From Octopus bimaculoides (taxonomy: Eukaryota), in NCBI RefSeq assembly GCF_001194135.2, contig NC_068988.1, forward strand, positions 76,843,615 to 76,907,614: a stretch of DNA of 64,000 bases, read 5' to 3'. How positions within the stretch are numbered: position 1 is the stretch's first letter; each line of letters starts with the position of its first letter. A model generated the notes under the pieces. It ran no database searches, was not told the origin of the DNA, and saw nothing but the letters and a program-made list of their open reading frames with translations. A program made the position numbers and the translations under genes. Shown here piece after piece: positions 49,588-61,789 of the stretch.

Positions 49588-52239
49588 TCATTATTCAGTT
49601 TATTTCAAGAATGTTTGCCAATAGAGAAAGAGCCGGTCTCTAACTTAGGTTCAAGGCACCTTCAATGGAATTTCAACATCAGCAACAGGGTATGTATGTA
49701 TATATGTATGTATTTATGTGTGTATTTATGCATGTATGTATTTTATCAATCAGTTTCATTTCTGTATTTCTTGTCAATAGAGAAAGAGCCGGACTCTAAC
49801 ATAGATTCAAGGCTCCTTCATTGGAACTTTTATCAACATCATCTAGGTATTTGTGCATAATGTGTGTGTGTGTGCAGTATCTGGTGTTAGTGTATGCGCA
49901 GATTTGTATGTTTGTTTTATGGATGCGTTTTTATGTATATATTTTCATGTCTAGATGCATGCATATGTATTTATGTGCTAAATTTTTGGAAAGTTTTACA
50001 TATCTTTACAACTGTAAAGATATGTAAAACTTTGATGGCTTGAATCTGATGGCTTGAATCTGTAGTCTTCTAATCAGCCTTTTTCTTTCAGGTTTTGAGA
50101 ACCCTAATTTTTCCAGGTTTTTGTTGAGGCAGTTCGTTACATATCCCAATGCCCCAACAATCACGGGTATGAATCTGAACTTGTAGTCTGGGTGGAGTAT
50201 CTGCAAATGTTTCAGTAGCTCGGCATAGTTGTTCTCTTTTTCTCTAATCTTTAATGTGATGTTGACATCCGCAGGACAGCTGATTTCTACTACTGTACAC
50301 AGTTTCTCTTCTCTGTCCCAGATTACTATATCCGGTCTATTATGTCTGCATTTTATTGAGGTTTTTATTGGGACATTCCACCAATACTCTTTCATATTGT
50401 GAGTGGTAATGGCCTCTACCTCATTATGGGTTTCCATCTCCTTAGCCCCGGGGTTATTCTGTCGGCGGATTTCATTGTACAGTGTCTTGGACACAACATC
50501 ATGTCTCATAGGTAGGTAATACCGTGATGACATTTTTGGACAGCTGCTGATACTGATTCCACAGAGTCTGCATCGGTTATTACATTGTGGCGCTTTGCCC
50601 GCCTCTCTGTCCCGTTTGTTTATTAGGAATTTGGTTGGTAGTTCTTGTTCTTGAATAGCAAAGGCATGCCCTTCAAAGTGAGAGTTGGTGACCCGATAGA
50701 CTCCATGATAGACTGCTCTGGTTGTCAATGTTGTTATCACCCTGGAGCTTTCTGTTAACGTATCCATGCATGGTCTTCTGCTGGAATGCATTCATCCTCT
50801 CCTCTGATGTTATGTTACGGTAGAGTCTTGCAATTTGTCTGGGTAAGAGTTCAGGGTTGTCGAATAAGGAATGCTTGCCAAGTAGTTGCCTTTCCAATCT
50901 CATGATGGTATTTACCTCATGTCTGCAGACTTCATCAAGGGGTGCACTTCGACACTTGGTGGTTCTGAGATGATGTCGAAGAGATATGACACGGCGTGTA
51001 TGTATGTATATGTGCAGATTTCTGTTTTGTTTTATGTATGTATTCTCGTGCCTATAGTTACATATCTAGACATGCTCATATATATTTAAATTATAAACTT
51101 CTGGAAAATTTTACAGATTTTTACAGTTCCAGTGATTGATTGAATCTATAGTATCAAATTAGATTTCTCCTTTCTGGTTTTGAGAAGCTTAATTTCTTAA
51201 GATTGGTATTTAGGCAGTATGTTACATATCCTAGGGCCCCAATAATTACAGGAATAAGTCTGAACTTGTAATCTGGATAGAGTAACTGCAGATTTCTCAA
51301 TAGTTCAGTGTAGGTATTCTCTTTTCCAGTGATCTTCAGTTTTATTTTAACATCCATTGGGCAGCTAATTTCCACAACTGTGCACAGTTTCTCTTCTCTA
51401 TTCCAAATCCTTATATCAGGTCTGTTGTGCTTACATTTTATTGAGGGTTTAACTGGGACATTCCACCAGTACTCATTTTTATTATGAGTGGCTATGGTTT
51501 CTACCATACCGTGGGTTCTTATTTCTTTGTCCTTGGGATATCCTTCCAACGGATTTCATTATATATGTCCTAGTTAGAACATCATAACTCATTGGTAGAT
51601 AATACTGTAATGACATTTTTGGACAACTGCTTATGATGTGGGTGATACCTTCAGTGTTAACTCCACAAAGTCTATATCAATTGTCATATTTTACTGCTTT
51701 TCCTGCATCTCTATCCCTTTTGTGCATCAGGTATTTGGTTAATATTTCCTGCTCCTGGATTGCAAATGCATACCCTTCAAAGTGAGAGGTAGTAATCCAG
51801 TTGCTGGTCCATGATAGACTGCCTTGATTATCAATGTGACTATCATCTTAAATCTTTCTAATGATATATGAATTATCTTCTGCTCATATATGCTTATCCT
51901 TTCATCTGATGATACATTGCAGTGGAGTCGTGCGACTTCTTTGGGCATGTATTTAAGGTTATTAGACAAGGAATGTTGCTCAAGGAGCTACCTTCTAAGT
52001 CTCATGATGTTTTCAGCCTCATGTATGCAAACTTGTTCAAGAGATCCACCTTGACACTTGGTGGTTAAAAGATGTTGCCAAAGAGATATGATATGACATT
52101 CAAAGGCATTTTGGATTGATGTTAAACCTCTGCCGCCTTGTTTACCATTTTGGTTGAGGTAGCCTACGTCATTCTTTATTTGGAAATTATGTGTAGTTGT
52201 TAGTATTTTCCAGGTTTTCACATTAATGGCCCAGATTGC
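49588..52239 (-). mobile_element. R4/Dong-like RLE retrotransposon copy B (5' truncated), split by copy A
   Basis: 3'-terminal module 49588-49689; body 50996-52239 with KQGGRGLTSIQNAFEC, CCHC finger, NRPDIRIWNREEKLCTVVEISCP, IPVIIGALG. Confidence 0.8.
49745..50995 (-). mobile_element. R4/Dong-like RLE retrotransposon copy A (divergent subfamily, 5' truncated)
   Basis: ORF 50006-50791: FEGHAFAIQEQE, CRLCG..SSCPKMSSRYYLPMRHD, RPDIVIWDREEKLCTVVEISCP (PD..E), IPVIVGALG. Confidence 0.88.
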
Positions 52240-52960
52240 ATGTATGTATGTTGCTGGCTTTGGAGCAAGAGAAAGGAGTTAAGCTGGAGGCCGGGAGGAG
52301 ATGAGGAGCTGTGATTTGGCCAACTCTCCTGACCCACCAATGGGAGGGTATTACAGTTTAGGGTCGAAACGCCCAATGAACATTGGATACTGTCTGATGA
52401 CATCAGTTCCTCCTGGCCAAGGCTCCATCCACTTTGGTGAATGAAAAAAGCACCTCCTTATAGGTGTTACATCTGTTTGTTGTTTATATGCCTATCTTCG
52501 TCTTTTGTTTTTCTGTAAATTTAAACTATATATGTATAAGTATATATGTAAAAGTAAGATCCAAGGTTCCAGGTGTAGGAAGTTAGTAAGCTTCGAGCAG
52601 TATGTAGAAGGTATAAAAAACAACTTTCAGGAACAATAGTGGGTTTTTTTGGTGTAGAAGGGTGTAAATTTTTCCCATATCGAAGTTTGATAAGCAGAAA
52701 AATGTTATTTTATAGTTCACAGTTAGCAACTAGGGTGCTAGGTATGTGAATACAAATCCAAATTTAGGGAATGGAGCAGGTAAAATTTAGGCAACATATG
52801 TTTCTCAAAAGTAGTAATTACTCAATAAGGGGTACTCCACTGACTACTCATCAAGCGAAAGATATCTTAGTTAAATGAAGGTTACATTGTCATCAAGAGA
52901 TCTCAAGTTAACTTGCAGGAAATTTGATTGAAATATGGATTTTTATGTATATGTATGTAT

Positions 52961-54231
52961 GTCATTATTCAGCTTATTTCAAGATTTCTTGCCAATAGAG
53001 AAAGAATCGGTTTCTAACCTAGATCCAGCACTCCTTCATTGGAATTTTAACATCAACAACAGGTTATTTTTGTTTGTACGTATGTCTTTTGTATGTATGT
53101 ATGTCTTTTGTATGTTCGTATGTCTTTTGTATGTTCGTATGTCTTTTGTTTGTATGTGTGTCTTTTGAGAAATCTCAAGTTGAGCATGAGAAAGTAAGGA
53201 GGGATGTCAGGAAGGGCATCACTGTTGCACTTCCAGATGGTAAGGGTCTTCCTATGATGCTGACATGCAGTGTCTGTGCAAGACCCTGCTCCAGTAAAGT
53301 TGGGCTCATGAGTCATCTTCGTAGTCATAAAGCGAGACCAATGATTGATTACCAGGCTGTTGGTGATGATGCTACACACCATACAAATCATATCTGTCAG
53401 GCATGTGGAAGGGAGTGTAATTCGATGGGAGGACTTAAATGACATGCAAAGATACATGAAGCCCAATTACAATTACAGCTGGCTATTGCCAGTAACGGTT
53501 TTAGCTGCCAATTCTGTCCAAGACATTGTAGATCTTTAGCTGGGCTAAAAGTCACATTTGATCACAGCACTGTTAACAGTTAAGCCTTGTGCATTGGCCA
53601 TACTCAATAACGAGGGGGCAGCCATCATGTATGTATGTGCAGATTTATATGTTTTATGTATGTATTCTCATGCATATAGTTACATGCTCATATATATTTA
53701 AATGATAAACTTCTGGAAAGTTTTAGAGATTTTTACAGTTCCAGTGATTGATTGAATCCATAGTATCGAATTAGATTTCTCCTTTCTGGTTTTGAGAAGC
53801 TTAATTTCTCAAGATTGGTATTTAGGCAGTGTGTTACATATCCCAGGGCCCCAATAATTACAGGTATAAACCTGAACATGTAATCTGGATAGAGTAACTG
53901 CAGATTTCTCAATAGTTCAACATGTGTTCTCTTTTTCACTGATCTTCGGTTTTATGTTAACATCCACTGGGCAGCTAATTTTCACAACTGTGCACAGTTT
54001 CTCTTCTCTATCCCAAATCATTATATCAGGTCTGTTGTGCTTGCATTTTATTGAAGTTTTCACTGGGACATTTCACCAGGATTCCTTTACATTACGAGTG
54101 GCTATAGCTTCTATCATATTCTGGGTTTTTATTTCTTTGTCCTCGGGATTATCTTTCCAATGGATTTCATTATAGAATATCCTAGCTATAATGTCATGCC
54201 TCATCGGTAGATAATACCGTAATGACATTTT
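52961..54231 (-). mobile_element. R4/Dong-like RLE retrotransposon copy C (5' truncated)
   Basis: 3'-terminal module 52961-53063; body 53627-54231 near-identical to copy B (YYLPMRHD, RPDIMIWDREEKLCTVV). Confidence 0.85.
53165..53626 (+). mobile_element. RTE-like LINE 3' fragment with three C2H2 zinc fingers, inserted in copy C
   Basis: CSVCARPCSSKVGLMSHLRSH; CQACGRECNSMGGLK*HAKIH; CQFCPRHCRSLAGLK(fs)SH; RTE-like end ctcaataacgagggggcagccatc. Confidence 0.65.
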
Positions 54232-54326
54232 ATGTATGTATATGTGTGTGTATGTATGTATGTATGTATGAATGTATGTATGTATGTATATATGTATGTA
54301 TGCATATATGTATATACACATATATA

Positions 54327-54371
<45 letters not shown>

Positions 54372-54444
54372 CAGGGAAAATGATATATTAGTGGACAGTC
54401 AATGGCACTTCTGTGCATCTGCACATTTTCATTTTTTTTTTATA

Positions 54445-54680
54445 CTAGCTGATGTACCATTCTAATTCCCAGAAAAGCGAGAAACTATTGAAAAAGTTGC
54501 AAGATGCAATGAAAATTTTAGAAAAATGAAAAACGAAATAAGTGGAAATTTTACCGGAGAGAGTGTTAAATTATAAGGCACCAAAAGAGAATGACTCTTC
54601 CCAGACATAACAGAATATGCTTCAACACACGAAATCACATAAAGAATCTTGCAAACCAAATCCAAAAGCGAAATATATTC
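54445..54680 (-). mobile_element. Helitron 3' end fragment
   Basis: a|ctagctgatgtaccattctaattcccagaaaa is homologous to the Helitron end at 55530. Confidence 0.5.
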
Positions 54681-54682
54681 AT

Positions 54683-54713
<31 letters not shown>

Positions 54714-54950
54714 CATATGCATATACATATATTCATGCACACACACATATATATGCATATATTCATACACACACACACACACACACACTCACACATATAT
54801 ATATATACACATATTCATTCATTCATACATGCATATATATATATATATATAATACGGATAAAAATTCAAATTTACAGGTGAAAACTCAATTAAATTCAAT
54901 TTATCAAAAATTAAAATTAAATTAAGTTTCACAGTATATAATATCTAAAT

Positions 54951-55506
54951 ATATAATTTAGAGAAAAGAACCAAAGTTCATGAACTTATCCATGAAAATC
55001 CACAGTCACACATAGAAAAATTTAATAAGTAAATACACTAAAAAGAACTATAATAAAATACAAAGTAATAATCATTAAAATAATAAAATAATAAAATGAC
55101 TACACGTGTTTCATAACCAAATTTTCAAATAGAAAATCAAATCAAATCAAATTGATTAAAATAGATCGATCGAAAATCAATTCTATTCAAAAATATAGCT
55201 AATTGTCTGGTCAAAATACAACACTAATAATGTATATATATCAACCAACAATAAATAACAAATGAATTTATATAAAAATACTTATTATATCAAGAAGTAA
55301 AAGTACTTTATTTTACTAATAAATAAAAGAAAAATATTTAATGATATTGTATTGCACACAACTGGACGTTTTATTATTTCAATGATTATTACTTTGTATT
55401 TTATTATCGTTCTTTGTAGTGTATTTATTTATTAAATTTTTCTATATGTGACTGTAGATTTTCATGGATAAGTTCATGAACTTTGGTTCTTTTCTCTAAA
55501 TTATAT
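54951..55506. repeat. 138-bp-arm inverted repeat (fold-back)
   Basis: Arms 54951-55088 and 55369-55506, few mismatches, AT-rich 280-bp spacer. Confidence 0.88.
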
Positions 55507-55627
55507 ATATATATACATATATTCATACACTAGCTGACATACCCGGTAATTCCCGGGAAAGCAGGGCTTATCCCTTGGTTCTGTTCTCATAATTGTTTCG
55601 CTAATCCAGTAACAACAATACAAAGTA

Positions 55628-56909
55628 TTGGGTTGTCCGGAAAGTTCATGCTGATTTTTAAAGGAAAGAAAAAGGTCAATAAATACTTGCCATTACATTT
55701 TTAATCAACCAAATATGAACCATCTTGTTGCACAGTGTGTTTCCACCTTTCCTTTAACTTGAAAATGAATACTCTTTTCCCCAAATTGAGGTGGTTTCAT
55801 GGCAAAGAATTCATCAAGGTATCTTTTTACGTCATCCAAGGAATTGAAATTTTTACCATTAAGACTATTCTGCAGAAACCTGAATAAGTGGAAATCCGAA
55901 GGAGCAATATCTGGTGAATATGGACGGTGGGGTAACACATCCCAGCCGAGCTGCAGCAATTTTTGTCTGGTTCCCAAAGAAACGTGCGGTCTTGCATTAT
56001 CATGTTGGAAAACAACACCCTTCCTGTTGACCAATTCTGGACTCTTTTGAATTGCTGCTTTTAACTCGTCCAGTTGTGTTCAGTATTTCTCAAAATTAAT
56101 TGTCTGGTTACTTGGGAGAAGCTCATAGTACAGAATTCCTTTCCAATCCCACATGACACAAAGCAAGACTTTTCTAGGGTGAAGACCCACTTTTGGGGTG
56201 GCTAAGGATGGCTCATGTCGCTTACTCTAGGATCGCTTTCTCGGAACATTTCGGTAGATAATCCATTTCTCATCACCTGTCACATTTTGCTTTAAAAAAG
56301 GCGTGTTTTCATTCCGTTTATAAAGCGAATCACTGATGGAAATGTGATCCAAAAGGTTCTTCTCACTCAACTCATGTGGTACCCAAACATCGCAGCGATT
56401 TGTGTACCCGAGCTTTACCAGGTGCTCATGAATGACGGATTTTGATAGGTTGAGGCTTTCTGCCAATTCTTGGGTTGTACAATGTGGGTTATTCTCAATT
56501 AATGACTTGATTTGGTCATTATCTGTAGTGGATGGTCTGCCTGATCGCTCTTTATCAATAAAGCTACAATCCCAGCTTGGAACCTTGCGAACCACTTCCG
56601 AACAGTTCTTTCGGATAAAGAAACACCACCGTAAATTGCGCATGTTTCTTTGGTTGCTTGTGAGGCATTTTTCCCTTTATGGAAAAAAAAGCATCAAGTG
56701 CTGAAAATGAACTTTCTTGTCTTCCATTTTAAAGGGTTACAGAATTAACACAGGTTAAAGGAACATAAACCTTCTTCCACGAAAAGATAGCTTAAACTCT
56801 GCTCTAAATGGAGGTGTAGTCAAATCCTATTTCATGGACTCAACCATGTTCTAAAATAAGTCAAAAATTTAGCTACTAAAAATCGGCATGAAATTTCCGG
56901 ACAACCCAA
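55628..56909 (-). mobile_element. Full-length mariner (mellifera-like), 1282 bp
   Basis: 33-bp TIRs (2 mismatches), TA TSD at 55626-55627 and 56910-56911. Confidence 0.95.
55705..56727 (-). pseudogene. Mariner DD34D transposase pseudogene
   Basis: RSGRP, WVPHEL, VTGDEKW, HDNARPH, YSPDIAPSDFHLF; stops and frameshifts. Confidence 0.93.
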
Positions 56910-57799
56910 TATGTAGTCCTTAAAACGGTTTTTGTGCATTTATTGAGAATACCAAACTGTCTTACACAGGATCTTGTTTTTAGCAATTCCCAATAAGTTA
57001 TGAATACCCAAATTGTGAAGTCAGTTATGTAATAACATGAAATTAAGTAAATATTAGTAAATATTCAAATAAAGTAGCTGTGAAAAGGACTTTAATACGT
57101 CCCCAGAGTGTATACAACTTAGGAGGAAATACTAATAAGGTATATATACTAAAATTGTGAAGCATGTTATGCAATAACAGGCTAATTAGATATGAAATAA
57201 TAACAATTCTAAGTAAATAACTCTGAAAAAAGCTTTTGAGCATTCGCAGAGAATATTACCCTCAGTGGCGTTAGTGTTGATATATTCGTGAATAAGTCAC
57301 TAACTGAAATAAGTGTATCTATTGTTTAGGAAAATACTATTTACTTCTTTAAGTGTTGTACTGGATAAATTGTGAAAATAACTCAAATAGTTCAAATACT
57401 AAGAAATAAGCACACTCAATTTGATTTATACAAAATAATTTACGAACATGAATGAGTTATTTCCCTTGGCTATATATAAGGATCCCTTTCATGAGTGAAT
57501 GGGTTATTTCCTTTGGATGTTCAAAAAGAATATATTAGTTATATGTAGCAGATATAAGAATCCCTTCCAGGTGCCCTATTATTGACTTTTTCAACAATCT
57601 AAGTATGTCACTAATGTTCGAGACATGAGCTCTACTCACGTGTCAATTTTCATCAAAATCACTAAAGCAATGTAAGAGGAGTTAGATAACAATGCCACAA
57701 ACACACCCACAGATTTCTCCATGTGTAGTAGATTTTTGCTACAGTTTACATGAAATTTTTTCAAACGTTTTTCCACACGCACGCGCACGCGCGCGCACA

Positions 57800-57945
57800 C
57801 ACACACACACACACAAAACGAGCTTCTTTCAATTTCTGTTTATTAAATCTACTTAAAGACTTTGGTTGCCTGGGCCTAGAGAAGAAAACATCTGCTCAAG
57901 GTGCTACACAGTAGGACTGAACCCCAAATCATAGACATGCCTTCA
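57800..57945 (-). mobile_element. OK-like SINE 5' portion, decayed
   Basis: Reverse complement ggggttcagtcctactgtgtagcaccttgagcagatg..gaaattgaaagaagctcg. Confidence 0.65.
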
Positions 57946-58329
57946 CCCCAGTACATACATATATGTGTATGAATGTAATGTATATATGTGTATGTATGTA
58001 CAATACGTATGTATGCATGTACATAGGTAGGTAGGGAGGGAGGGAGGGAAGGAAGGAGGGAGAGAGGGCAGTAACCAGCTAGGTTACGTAAGTGGGCAGA
58101 TAGGTAGGTCGGTAGGTAAATGTGTAGGCAGGTAGATAGGTCTGTAGGTAAGTAGGCAGGTAGGTGGGTAGGTGGGTATGTAGGTTGGTGGATAGATATG
58201 TATGCATGTAGGTAGGTAAAACTTACTTGGAAAAGGATGCATGGCATTTGATCATACAATAATATAAATAATATAAATATATGCATATATACATACATAT
58301 ATGTACATACCTACATATATATGTACAGG

Positions 58330-58570
58330 ACACCAAAAAAATGAAGACAGAATGAGAAATGAGAACATAAAAAACAAAAATATAGAAAACGAACATTTTT
58401 TGAACAACGAAAAAAACAGAAACGAGACATGCAACATAAAGAACATTCCCCTCATCAGTTGTCCCCTGTTTTATCTACTCTACATTTTGAAGGTAAGGAC
58501 AAGACGCATCTTCCTTAAAACAGTCCTTTCCACAAGGTAAGTTAAACAAAATTTGGGATTTTTTGTAGAG
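58330..58570 (-). repeat. Penelope-3'-type repeat module homologous to 27780-27980
   Basis: Shared ccaaatttt..actgtttta..aaaacag..acaact(g/t)atga.ggg..ttcgttgttc motifs. Confidence 0.55.
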
Positions 58571-59134
58571 GGTGAAAGTGGTAATAAAAACAGGACAGGG
58601 CGAACAAAACAGTAAAAACAAACGGTGAAGGCTGATAAACCAAGACGATGTGAAGTGGTGAACGCTGGAAAAACGAGATAGGTAGGTGGGTAGGTAGGTA
58701 TGTGTTAGTTCCAGTTCTTTGTTTTTGGTTCCCTGCAGCCTACATCTATTGTTAAACCACATCTGATGACACAGCTTGCAAGCTTCTCTGTAAATTGCAT
58801 CCAAATCTTATTTGATGGAAATAGTTGCTAATTTAATTATTGGACCCATGTTTTAATCTTTGGCAAAGCATGTTAGGAACATAATCTTTTGAAAGCTAAT
58901 TACTCAAATCGCAACAGTTTAAATGACATGGAGATGTCTCACTGAGGGAGAGGAAATCTAGCCTCTATAATTAAAGGAACGTTTTAGTTTTGGAAACTTA
59001 AAGTTATGCATTTGAATCTCACAATATTCAACTAATAAAATCACAACAATAACAACATTTTCATCTTTCCTGCAACACTCCTACTCAGATGAAAAAGTAT
59101 TGTGTGAGACAGGCAACTACTATGTTATAAACTA

Positions 59135-59560
59135 TTAATTCAACTCCATGACAGCTCTGTAAATATTGCATGTAAGACAAGGTATTACTGGATAATAAAT
59201 TGTTGGGTGAAATCTATGACAACTTCGTGAAATAGTTGTGTGTGTAAGATAGGAGAGGGCATGGAAGAATCTTACAAACCTGCATTGAAATTTCCAACTG
59301 TCTGACAGATACTCTCCAGAATTCTCCAGATGCACCAATGTGGACATAGACAAACTGCACCAGATCATCCAGATCATATCTAGAGTGTTCTGTAGACTAG
59401 TAGATAGGGATAGCATAGGCTGTTTAAAGTGGACAGCTACACAAACTATAAATTTGTGATCTGTGCAGTAGATCTAGATAGGCATTGTAGGTGGCACTAC
59501 CAAGAGGCATTGCTTTCTTTGGCCAGGAAGGGCAGGCCGTGTTTACCTATCTAGCGGCCA
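59135..59560 (+). mobile_element. Tx1/L1-like APE endonuclease fragment
   Basis: Reverse-complement homology to 63690-63850 (FQLSDRY, SRxYLDRV). Confidence 0.65.
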
Positions 59561-61365
59561 AAAAGTTTGTGTCATGAATCAGACTGAAAGGGCTAAAGAT
59601 ACTTTCCTTTTTGGCCCAGTCCTCATCAACTTATTCATGTTCTACTTGAAAAAAAAACCTGGGACCAATGGAGTGAAGTGTCTGCTTGTAAATTCATTGA
59701 AAGGCTGATGCAGGTGATGAATATGGTAAAATGAATGGGTCTGCACTGAGCACGTGAGTTTGAATTGGAGGAACACTGAATGAAAAGGCACTCATCTAAA
59801 CGGTCAGAGTGACCATACTTTTGTGGGGTTGTCAAAGGTAGTCCTTGGAGACTTGTCACCCTGAGGAATCTTTTCATTATTATCTTCTTGTTGTAAATCC
59901 GTGTACTCATACAGACCCCTCTGTGTTTAACTGTTTTGTACAAATGTTCTTTGCACCTTTTATGTAGGCCCTTATGGCCAATAAAGAAACGATTATCATT
60001 GATACTGTTGTTGTTGTTGTTGTTGTTACTATTATTATTATAAGCATTATCATCAGCATTGCCATATTTGTAAAATCTGTGTCTTTGGGTTCTTGTGCCA
60101 TATTACTGATCTTTTCCCTCCAAGCTGTTTGATAACTGAAATGTAATGTTATAAATATTAGGTCTCAGCCAGATTTAAATATATTCCCCATGGGAGACAC
60201 CAAAAGACTTGCAGGAACTCACCAATATCTTAAAACTGTCAGGATTTTAATATTTCATTTATAATTATTCTATAGAACTGTTCACAACAACAACAGCTGC
60301 AATAGTGTCCACTGCAGTGGAAGAATCAGCAATATACAATAAAATTTAAAATAGTAAAATCAATTTTTAAAATATTGAAATAGTAAAATTAATTTTAAAA
60401 AAAATACATCAAAATAGTTTGTTTTTATAAATTTTACATTTGGTCATATTCTGAAGCTATTTACCATTTAGTTCTGAAAGTAGCCGCATAATAATGAATC
60501 AATTGTTAATACAAAGAGAAAAGAGGATTTATTTCTTATTGGCTTCATCAAAGAATTTGCCAAATCTTTTCACATGAAAAGTAAAGAATACAATTAAAAG
60601 ACAAAAAAAAAGCCAAAAAACTCAAAGAATAGGAAGTCTATTTTGATGTTAATCTTCTTTATTTATTTGGAACCAAAACCATAAATTATTCAACCTTCAC
60701 TAATACAAGAGACAAGAAACAAAGATACATAGAATTGATATTCTTTGGAATTTTAATTTTCTGTTTTCATATGCATGGTTAAATTTGTATTCTAGTTTTA
60801 TATCTGCTGGTTTTTCAGTATTTTCAATAATCTGCATCAAAAATTCTTTAAGTTTCTTTTTTGCCATTTTTACCAAACAAATACCAGATGAATTCAAAGC
60901 ATTTTTTAAAAGAATTGATGAAAAAAATTAACTTCATCATGACTGAGGAAAGGAAAAAGAAAAGTCATTAAGGAAAACATAAAAAATTTGACATTTTAAG
61001 AAGGAAAGTGATTGTATGACCTTAATGCCTTTCCCACATGAATTAAAAATAGTAGTGAAAATGGGTCACACACACTCATCATGCTAGGATAATAAAGTGC
61101 AACAATAAATATTTCTCGCAGAAACAGAGGACCACAGCTGAAAAAAAAAGGTGATCATGTAGTACTCATGATTATCTTAGGAACATAGGTGATACAAGCA
61201 AAGAGTAATGACTACAACAGGGAAACATAGATAATGTAAGGTTTTACAAACCTTATATTGTTATTGTTACAAGAGCAGTAGCAGATGCAGCAGATGCAGC
61301 AGAAGCAGCAGAAGCAGCAGAAGCAGTAATAGTAACAACAACAATAAAAGCTGTCAACATTACAG

Positions 61366-61507
61366 AGGCACAGTCATGGTTGTGTGGTAACAAACTAGCT
61401 TCCCAACCACGTGGCTCTAGGTTCAGTCCCACTGCATGGCACCTTGAGCAAGTGTCTTTTACTACAACCTCAGGTTGATCAAAGCTTTGTGAGTGGACTT
61501 GGTAGCA
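61366..61507 (+). mobile_element. OK-like SINE 5' portion
   Basis: tggttgtgtggt, ggttcagtcccactgcatggcaccttgagcaagtg, gctttgtgagtggacttggtag. Confidence 0.75.
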
Positions 61508-61789
61508 ACAAGGGAGTACAAGATGACAGTCAGCCAAAACTTTCGTTATGCTGTCTCTCTTCTTTCACCTCTTTGTGGGGTTAATAATCTTAATCTTTAG
61601 TTACAATTTCTCATTCAAACTACATAATAGGCAGAATTGTTGGATTAAGACAGTAGGGTGTTTTGAGGGAGATTTGGCTGCTATTTCTACCAGGTCCAGC
61701 TACCATGAAGAAGTCTGAATTCAATTTTCATTCACATATTTGCATTTCAAAAATTTAACATAATCTTTTCCATAAATCAACTCACATTT

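Larger units (their letters stand above)
49490..52842. mobile_element. Putative TIR element (28-bp TIRs) hosting the nested R4 pair
   Basis: cagtggagtacccctcgttgagtaatta (49490-49517) vs reverse complement of 52815-52842, 2 mismatches; no TSD found. Confidence 0.5.
55530..57732 (-). mobile_element. Non-autonomous Helitron carrying a mariner insertion
   Basis: CTAG|T at 55530 with hairpin cccgg-taattc-ccggg (55542-55557); candidate 5' end A|TCTACTACAC at 57732. Confidence 0.6.

Noticed and set aside
52328-52405. Hammerhead candidate (gaccc/gggtc stem, GAAAC, GTC)
   Set aside because: The upstream CUGANGA box is missing and no stem I is available; kept only as a hairpin cluster.
60700-60942. 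Possible host exon on the minus strand after a strong polypyrimidine/AG acceptor
   Set aside because: Frames from the acceptor hit stops within ~30 codons, the 65-aa ORF is not in frame with it, and no domain is recognisable.
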